Assembly: GCA_027028245.1 (NCBI GenBank)
Contig: JALVJO010000038.1
Span: 17,545 to 81,544 of the forward strand
Direction: 5' to 3'
Source of the DNA: Deltaproteobacteria bacterium
GTDB taxonomy: Bacteria; Desulfobacterota; Dissulfuribacteria; Dissulfuribacterales; QOAL01
Length of the DNA: 64,000 nucleotides
The notes beneath the pieces were generated by a model, which saw only the letters and a program-made list of their open reading frames with translations, did not search any database and was not told the DNA's origin. Below, one piece after another: positions 57,817-64,000 of this stretch. Within the stretch, counting starts at the first letter, position 1, and each line of letters begins with the position of its first letter. A program made the translations under genes and the position numbers.

Positions 57817-59226
57817 TTAGAAATCCAACTGGCTTCTGATACCCCATATATATATATCATCTATCCTGGAATTTCCGCCGGCATTATCTATCCATTGAAA
57901 ATCTGCACTCAGTGCAAAATACTGGTTCATCATGAAACGGTAGTAGGCCTCCACGTAGTTCTCATTTGCAGTGTGGTCATTGTCATCCTCATAATCATCT
58001 GTGAGCAGTGTCTGGCCGTATGCAAAACCAAAGGCATCACCTCCCCTGTTCCATAGGCCTCCATCCAACTCAAAACCCGCTGACCACGTGCGGTTAAAGG
58101 GAATCATCTCCCATGCGTCATCATCGCTGTTCCACACAGCACGATCATCCGTAAGGGTCTGGCTGTAGCGGGCAAAACCCTTGAGGCCTTCTATAAGTTC
58201 CTGATCAAAGGAAAGGCCCCAGCCCGTAAGGGAACTATCAGCAAGTTTTCCGGCCTTTTCATGTTCCATGCCCGGGACCTTAGCAAGGTCCTTGTTCTTG
58301 AGATATCCCCTTTTGTCAACCCAGCCATAAAACCTGTAGTTGCCGTTTCTGCCGAAAAGACCGGGCATGACGTTCATCTGCCCGGCTATCATCCCATCGT
58401 CAAAGACATTGTGCCACACGGTATCTTCGCCATGAGCCCGGACGCTTGCCCCAACAACCTTGAATTCCAGTAGATCAACGGGTCTTGCCCGCAACTGGAA
58501 CGCAGGGCAGTAAAAATTGTCAGGCTCCGGGATGTTCATGCCCATGCTCTTTACAAATATATTCGAACTGAACTGGCTGGTCTCGTCACCTGCTACCTCG
58601 TTTTCATCAAAAAGTACGCTTATATCCATTTTTCCAATATCAAAACCGTACCTGTCATCCAGGAAAGAGAACTCATAAAAGGCCTCGGATATGGTAAGGG
58701 CAGCCTCATCAAGGGCCGTGGCTGTCTTATAGGCATCATAATTGGGCACACTGAAGCTGGGAACGTCATTGTTCAGGCCGTCTCCGTCACCACCCTCGAA
58801 ATGGATAAAGAATTTTCCCCACTTGGCAAAGTCTGCATCCAGGTTGAGATCAAGGGTGTAAGAGGCATCCTGGGTAGACCTGATGTCTTCCAAGCTGTCC
58901 GTATCCCCGAGGGTGCCCATCAAGATGCCCGTGGCACCTCCTCCCAGGCTGAACCTGTCATACCAGTGTTCTTGCGGCTCGGACTCTTGTACCTGTGCCT
59001 CAGCTGCTGGGAGCGCCTCCTTTTCACCTTGGTGCTTAATGCGTGAAAGCTCTTGTTCAACACTTTCCAGCCTCTTGCTGAGATTCCTGTTTTCCTTCAT
59101 AAGCTGTTTTACCATTTCTTCCAGTCTCTGCTCCCTCGGCGAGACACCTCCCCCTGCAAAAACATCGGCAAAGGCACCAAAGAACAAAACGATAACAAAA
59201 AAACACACAATTCTTTTCATTTTCAT
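57817..59226 (-). CDS. OprB-like outer-membrane porin with N-terminal coiled coil
   Basis: Signal peptide and coiled coil; GKMD, F..N...GDE..QF, GNYRFY.W and EAYY motifs; terminal DF. Confidence 0.82.
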   Translation of the reverse strand: MKMKRIVCFFVIVLFFGAFADVFAGGGVSPREQRLEEMVKQLMKENRNLSKRLESVEQELSRIKHQGEKEALPAAEAQVQESEPQEHWYDRFSLGGGATGILMGTLGDTDSLEDIRSTQDASYTLDLNLDADFAKWGKFFIHFEGGDGDGLNNDVPSFSVPNYDAYKTATALDEAALTISEAFYEFSFLDDRYGFDIGKMDISVLFDENEVAGDETSQFSSNIFVKSMGMNIPEPDNFYCPAFQLRARPVDLLEFKVVGASVRAHGEDTVWHNVFDDGMIAGQMNVMPGLFGRNGNYRFYGWVDKRGYLKNKDLAKVPGMEHEKAGKLADSSLTGWGLSFDQELIEGLKGFARYSQTLTDDRAVWNSDDDAWEMIPFNRTWSAGFELDGGLWNRGGDAFGFAYGQTLLTDDYEDDNDHTANENYVEAYYRFMMNQYFALSADFQWIDNAGGNSRIDDIYIWGIRSQLDF

Positions 59227-59261
59227 CCCCCTCGGTTATACACGGTTATATATTTTGGAAC

Positions 59262-59295
59262 AAAAAACCCGAAGCCATTATCTGACGGCTCCGGG
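59262..59295 (-). terminator. Attenuator terminator (riboswitch expression platform)
   Basis: Minus strand CCCGGAGCC-loop-GGCTTCGGG-TTTTTT, between the aptamer and the porin ATG. Confidence 0.75.
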
Positions 59296-59358
59296 CTGCC
59301 CGCTAATCCCGTCCACCTCGGATCAGGTTCAGGTCTCCGCTGAATCAAATCCTTCATC

Positions 59359-59501
59359 TTCTGCCTCCAGGTATCCTGACTCGTGGATCAACCTAATTTC
59401 TGAGCCTTCCCGTTGCATGAACAGTGGCATCGTCAGATTTCGTCCCCACTCACAGTGGCGGGCCCGCTCTGGATTTTCACCAGATTCCCTGAAAGACAGA
59501 A
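59359..59501 (-). ncRNA. Cobalamin riboswitch
   Basis: Minus strand AGGGAAtctGGTGAAAATCC...CCCGCCACTGT...GCCACTG...GGGAAGG...GAGTCAGGATACCTG (B12 box). Closing helix UUCUGUCU/AGGCAGAA. Confidence 0.92.
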
Positions 59502-59514
59502 TGAATGATTATTC

Positions 59515-59544
59515 ATTTTAAGATCTTTGTGAAATATATGTCAA
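59515..59544 (-). promoter_or_regulatory. Putative sigma70 promoter of riboswitch-porin transcript
   Basis: TTGACA-18 nt-TAAAAT, placing +1 just before the aptamer P1. Confidence 0.6.
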
Positions 59545-59982
59545 CAGAAATTCTTTACCATGACAAATATTTTTTGCAGTGAATCCGCCAAGACCTGGAG
59601 CAGTAATCTCCTGTCCCGGATTCGGCTCCAGTTTTTGCAGCAATCCAGATAAGTATGGGCAAGGCAGAATACTATCTTATCCGTTTACTGCTAAAATAAT
59701 GCCTGCTGAAATGCCTACTGTTTGCCAAAGACTACTAAATAAGCAAACTATGGGAGCATTCCTAATTTCCCCCCCATTTGTGCCATTGGCAAGGAAGGAG
59801 TGTTTCTTAAAAGGTTTCACCACAAGGAAGCCAACTTCAGCCGCAGTCAAGCCGCAAAGATTGGCCATGTCTGTATTCGAGAAGGATTTGAAATTTGCAC
59901 AGCGTCTTGGTGAACCTTGAAAGAAATACACCCATCCTTGCCCTTCTTCATCCAGGTACAAACCCGGAATGCCCCCCAGAAA

Positions 59983-61356
59983 CTACAGTCTGCCTTCCAT
60001 AAAGTCGACCATGGACCGGGCGGCAATTCTTCCCTGGTAGGCTGCCTTTGCCACAGTCTGAGGGCCAAGAACATCGTCTCCGCCGGCAAATATCCAGGGG
60101 ACAGAGGTCTGAAGGGTCTCAGGGTTCACTTCAAAGGTGCCCCATGGGGCCCTTTTAATTTCTATGCCCTTTACAGCAGTAGGATCCACGTTCTGACTGA
60201 TGGCTGCAATTATACTGTCGGCCTGGATCATGAAATTGGAACCTTCAATGGGAACAGGCCTTCTTCTTCCTGATTCATCCGGCTCTCCAAGCTCCATCCT
60301 GATGCACTCTATCCTGTCAAGTCTTCCCTTGCTGCCGTGAATGGCCACGGGAGCTGCCAGGAATTCCAGGCGAACTCCTTCTTCCTCCAGGTGATGGATC
60401 TCGGCCTGGGATGCAGGCATTTCCTTCTTGGTCCGCCTGTAGAGGATAAAGACATCCTTTGAACCAAGACGAAGGGCGGTGCGCGCCACATCGATTGCAA
60501 CGTTTCCTCCGCCTACTACCACTACTCTTGCTCCCAGATCCAAGTCTGCACCGAGGTTTACCTCCCTGAGGTAATCTACGCCGTGCATCACGCCCTTGAG
60601 ATCTTCACCGGGTATGCCCAGTTTCCTGCTCTTGTGAGCTCCTATCCCAACAAAGACCGCGTCAAAGCCCTCGGACTTCAATTCTTCCAGGGTCTTGTCC
60701 CTGCCGATGGTGATATTGCTTTTGATCTCAACGCCGCAGGCTTTGAGTGCATCAAATTCGGCCTTTATGATATCCCTGGGCAGCCTGAAGGCAGGTATCC
60801 CCACACTCAGCATACCTCCAAGGACAGGAAGTGAATCGTAAATAGTGCATTTAACTCCTTTATGGGCAAGGTTGTAGGCCACGGTCATACCTGCCGGCCC
60901 GGAACCCACGATGGCCGCCTTCCTGCCGGTGGGAAGGGCACAGGGCTCCATGAGGGTCTTGTTGTTTTCCACCATCCAGTCCACTATAAAACGCTCCAGC
61001 ATGCCTATGGCCACTGGCTCGCCCTTTTTCCCCCTGATACAGTGTCCCTCACACTGGAATTCGTGCGGGCAGACCCTTGAACAGACTGCGGGCATGGAAC
61101 TTGTCTTTCTTATGGTCCAGTAGGCCTTTTCGATTTCGCCTTCCCTCAGAAGCTTTATAAAGGCGGGAATATCGTTATGCAGGGGACAGCCCTTCCTGCA
61201 GCCGGGTTTTTTACACTGGAGGCATCTTTCAGCTTCCATCCTGGCAGTTTCCGGGTCGTATCCAAAAACTATCTCGTCGAAATTGCGAATTCTTTCCTCC
61301 GGGGACAGTTCCTTGGGTTTGTGGCGCTGGATGGCCATCCTTTCCTTGGGCTTCAC
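59983..61356 (-). CDS. Stand-alone GltD/SudA/NfnB-like Fe-S flavoprotein NAD(P)H oxidoreductase
   Basis: EAERCLQC..P.C..GCP, RVCP...QCE..C, GSGPAG, GGGNVAID.AR and IFAGGD motifs. Confidence 0.9.
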   Translation of the reverse strand: MKPKERMAIQRHKPKELSPEERIRNFDEIVFGYDPETARMEAERCLQCKKPGCRKGCPLHNDIPAFIKLLREGEIEKAYWTIRKTSSMPAVCSRVCPHEFQCEGHCIRGKKGEPVAIGMLERFIVDWMVENNKTLMEPCALPTGRKAAIVGSGPAGMTVAYNLAHKGVKCTIYDSLPVLGGMLSVGIPAFRLPRDIIKAEFDALKACGVEIKSNITIGRDKTLEELKSEGFDAVFVGIGAHKSRKLGIPGEDLKGVMHGVDYLREVNLGADLDLGARVVVVGGGNVAIDVARTALRLGSKDVFILYRRTKKEMPASQAEIHHLEEEGVRLEFLAAPVAIHGSKGRLDRIECIRMELGEPDESGRRRPVPIEGSNFMIQADSIIAAISQNVDPTAVKGIEIKRAPWGTFEVNPETLQTSVPWIFAGGDDVLGPQTVAKAAYQGRIAARSMVDFMEGRL

Positions 61357-61435
61357 TCGATTCTCCTTGACAAGGTAATTGACTAATGTCTAAATGCTTT
61401 CAAAAATCAATGTATAAGGGTGTTTTCACAGAGAA

Positions 61436-61633
61436 ATGGAATATTACTGCGAAAAAGATAACCGCCAGACAGATATAAGTAAAGGGTGCAGGCATCCCAA
61501 TGATTTCTGCCAGCACCGCCAGGCCTGCATGATTCATTTTCTGGAACAGGAAGAAAAGAGAAACCAAAAAATCGGGGAAGAAACGTCCCCGAAAACCCTT
61601 AGCGAGACCAAGGAAAATGACCAGAGAATGTAA
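61436..61633 (+). CDS. Small Cys/His-rich hypothetical protein
   Basis: C-x12-C-x6-C-x5-C..H pattern. Overlaps the start of the next gene. Confidence 0.6.
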   Translation: MEYYCEKDNRQTDISKGCRHPNDFCQHRQACMIHFLEQEEKRNQKIGEETSPKTLSETKENDQRM

Positions 61634-62462
61634 AATTACAGTACTTTGTGAAAACAGCGTGGCAGGGCCCTTCGGCCTTACGGGTGAGCACGGCTGGGCC
61701 GCATACGTGGAGACAGACGGATGCAGGATACTTTTCGATACCGGCCAGGGTCAGGGCCTGGTCCCCAACAGCCTCATCCTGAAAAAGGATCTTGGCAAGA
61801 TAGATTCCATTGTGCTGAGCCACGGACATTATGACCACACCTCTGGGCTGCCCCAGGCAGTGCAGCTCAGGGGTGAAGTACCAGTCTATGCCCATCCCGA
61901 TATCTTCCTGGACAGGTACTGGTCAAGAGGGGGACAGAAGAGACATATCGGAATAAGGTTCAAGAAATCCTGGCTGGAATCCCTTGGCTGCAGGTTTGAA
62001 TTCAGGACAGGCTTTGCGGAGATTTATCCAGGGATCCATATAACAGGAGAAGTACCGAGAACTACCGATTTCGAACCACCTGATCCCAACATGAAGATAC
62101 CCGGAGAAAAGCCGGGAGAAATGCTTCAGGACCAGCTTCGAGATGACCTGTCAATGGTGATAGATACCCGGGAAGGACTAGTGATCCTACTTGGCTGTGC
62201 CCATGCCGGGCTAGTAAACATCTTGAATTGGTGCTCTGAAAACCTGCCTGGAAGACCTTTTCACACGGTTATCGGGGGTACCCACCTGGGTTTTGCCGGA
62301 GCTGACCAGTTCGAGAAAACACTTGCGGCCCTGGACCAGTTCGATATCAAAAGACTTGGTGCGTCCCACTGTACCGGGCTTGAAAACAGTTCCAGGCTGT
62401 ACTGTGCCCTGGGCAAGAGGTTTTTTCATGCCTCAGCAGGCATAACCGTGACCATCGGCTAA
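61617..62462 (+). CDS. MBL-fold metallo-hydrolase
   Basis: GEHG, LFDTG, LSHGHYDHTSGL, GCAHAG, GGTH and HCTG motifs. Confidence 0.9.
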   Translation: MTRECKITVLCENSVAGPFGLTGEHGWAAYVETDGCRILFDTGQGQGLVPNSLILKKDLGKIDSIVLSHGHYDHTSGLPQAVQLRGEVPVYAHPDIFLDRYWSRGGQKRHIGIRFKKSWLESLGCRFEFRTGFAEIYPGIHITGEVPRTTDFEPPDPNMKIPGEKPGEMLQDQLRDDLSMVIDTREGLVILLGCAHAGLVNILNWCSENLPGRPFHTVIGGTHLGFAGADQFEKTLAALDQFDIKRLGASHCTGLENSSRLYCALGKRFFHASAGITVTIG

Positions 62463-62477
62463 TTTGCATCCTTCCAT

Positions 62478-64000
62478 CTATTTAATGCCACCTGTACCCC
62501 AGCCGCCGATTCCAAGGAGTTCAACATTTACAAGGAACGAGGTATCATCGGAATCGGTCTTCAGCTTTCCTTCAACCGCCCAGCAGCTTGACTGGTATCT
62601 CAGGGCATAGCGAGATTCTATCTGGCGGGATTCCTCAAAATTCTGCTTGATATGAAACATGAATGACCATGCCTTGGTAAGTGCTGCCCGAAGGTCGCAG
62701 TTTAATTCGTTTACGTCTGTGACCTTGTGATACCTGTAATCGAGATCCAGGGTGCTTCCCAGATATCCTGTGTAGTGCCACCGGACGTTGTGAGTTCTGA
62801 AACCATCCCCATAGAAATTATAGGTGGTGTCGTACCTCATATAAAAACGCCGCAGGGGCCGGAAATCGATCTCCCCGTAAAGATCGGAGAGATTTCTTTT
62901 GGGCATGTCGTGAACAAGGTTCAGGGTGGGAACCTGTTCAAAGTTGTAATCCTCAAAGATTTTAATCCTGATGAGGTCGGAATAGGAAAAGTGACCGTGC
63001 CCCAGTTCCCCCTTGTTGCTCAGAAAGCTCAGCATGGAAAACCTGATCCTGTTGATCTGGTTGTAATAATCCTGGCGGTCGATCTGGGGAATATTGTCAT
63101 CACGTTTATCAGGGGTGTAGAGGTACTGGATCCGGGGTATGATGCTGTGACGCCAGAGCGAATGTCCGGAGAATTTATAATTCCTGGCAAAGGTCTTGCT
63201 GAGATCTGCCTGAAGGGTATAGCGGAACTTGTTGTCTGTATCATTGGGCCTGTCGCCAGTTTCTTCCTCCCCGTATGCCACGTATATTGTATCGTCAAGA
63301 CTGCCGGTAAAAACCAGATCTCCCCAGTCAAAAAGGTCAAGAGGCATGCTGAGACAGGGCGACATCTTTATCCTGTGTTCCTTGGTACCCTGCTCACGCC
63401 AGTAATCCGTGTAATCGAAATCCATCTGGTAATAAAGGGGCGAATTAAAGAGCCTGGTCTTGAAGGCGTGGAACAAGACGCTGGGCAGTGTCTGAACTGT
63501 ATATGCCCTTTCCCCAAAGTAGTGGTTGTCGTTGTATCTTCCGTGAAGTGCCAGGAAGGTATTTTCCGATTCCCTGGTTATCTGGGCAGTAGACGGACGG
63601 ATTTCATCTGCGTCTTCTGCAAGGGAGCGATTGAAATACTTCTTGAACACGTCATTACTGGCATCAAAGCCCATTCGTCCATTGTCAAATTCCTGGAGGT
63701 AGTCCATATCACTCATGAGGTCCACGTCCAGCTTTGCGTGAAAACCCATGGGTAGTCCCTGATCCAGCTTCCCCCTTATCCACCACCTGAAATCATTGCC
63801 CCTGATCTGCCCGTCTCCGTTGAAGTCGTCATCGTCCTTTTTGTCATTTAGAAAATTGTAGCGGATCACAGCCTTGTCTTCCCCGGAAAATACATGCCTG
63901 TATTCAATGCCTTCCATCCAGCCGCGGCTGTACATGGGATGCTGGTAAAAGGTCAAATCCATGCTGTCGTTTAGGGCCAGAAAGAAAGGTATGTTGACGC
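62478..64000 (-). CDS. lptD: LPS-assembly protein LptD, C-terminal barrel (5' end outside window)
   Basis: SD..YL..F, H.I.P.I.Y.YTP and Y.SSCW C-terminal motifs. The frame continues toward the window edge. Confidence 0.8.
   Translation of the reverse strand, partial: VNIPFFLALNDSMDLTFYQHPMYSRGWMEGIEYRHVFSGEDKAVIRYNFLNDKKDDDDFNGDGQIRGNDFRWWIRGKLDQGLPMGFHAKLDVDLMSDMDYLQEFDNGRMGFDASNDVFKKYFNRSLAEDADEIRPSTAQITRESENTFLALHGRYNDNHYFGERAYTVQTLPSVLFHAFKTRLFNSPLYYQMDFDYTDYWREQGTKEHRIKMSPCLSMPLDLFDWGDLVFTGSLDDTIYVAYGEEETGDRPNDTDNKFRYTLQADLSKTFARNYKFSGHSLWRHSIIPRIQYLYTPDKRDDNIPQIDRQDYYNQINRIRFSMLSFLSNKGELGHGHFSYSDLIRIKIFEDYNFEQVPTLNLVHDMPKRNLSDLYGEIDFRPLRRFYMRYDTTYNFYGDGFRTHNVRWHYTGYLGSTLDLDYRYHKVTDVNELNCDLRAALTKAWSFMFHIKQNFEESRQIESRYALRYQSSCWAVEGKLKTDSDDTSFLVNVELLGIGGWGTGGIK

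Noticed and set aside
59579-59961. Short ORFs between the riboswitch and the GltD-like gene
   Set aside because: Overlapping frames on both strands with no recognisable motifs.
13055-63755. Other long antisense ORFs (13055-13933, 36688-37569, 47233-47991, 62727-63755)
   Set aside because: They overlap well-supported genes on the opposite strand and show no motifs.
1-64000. CRISPR array, integron attC array, prophage or defence system
   Set aside because: No regularly spaced short repeats, integrase, cas or phage genes were seen. The ThiF/JAB/Ubl genes lack the E2 and cyclase partners of CBASS- or Bil-type defence and sit in a sulfur-transport context.

Overview
Bacterial chromosomal window. 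The gene families suggest Desulfobacterota/Thermodesulfobacteriota (inference). No rRNA, tRNA, CRISPR array or intact transposase was seen. Contents in order: two response regulators and a DUF6178-like gene; a Zn/Mn-type metal ABC cluster (3.1-7.2 kb); three secreted parallel beta-helix proteins; a heavily decorated Wzx/Wzy exopolysaccharide locus (12.8-33.1 kb, with its GumC/Wza export pair displaced to 51.7-53.9 kb); a 16-gene minus-strand run (48.8-34.0 kb); two more 12-heme cytochromes; an OprB-like porin under a cobalamin riboswitch with an attenuator; a GltD-like oxidoreductase; an MBL hydrolase; and partial lptD. The best candidate for an undescribed system is the 16-gene run. It couples a ubiquitin-like sulfur relay (ThiS-like -GG carrier, ThiF/E1, divergent JAB) and two tandem adenylosuccinate-lyase-superfamily enzymes to a Cys-rich YedE transporter, DUF3343, a TPR protein ending in a SoxY-like GGC tail, an orphan binding protein, an outer-membrane barrel and a 12-heme cytochrome. 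A ~260-bp MITE with 13-bp terminal inverted repeats and 5-bp target duplications occurs five times, and two of the copies bracket an AT-rich two-gene cassette. All product calls come from reading motifs by eye, not from database searches.
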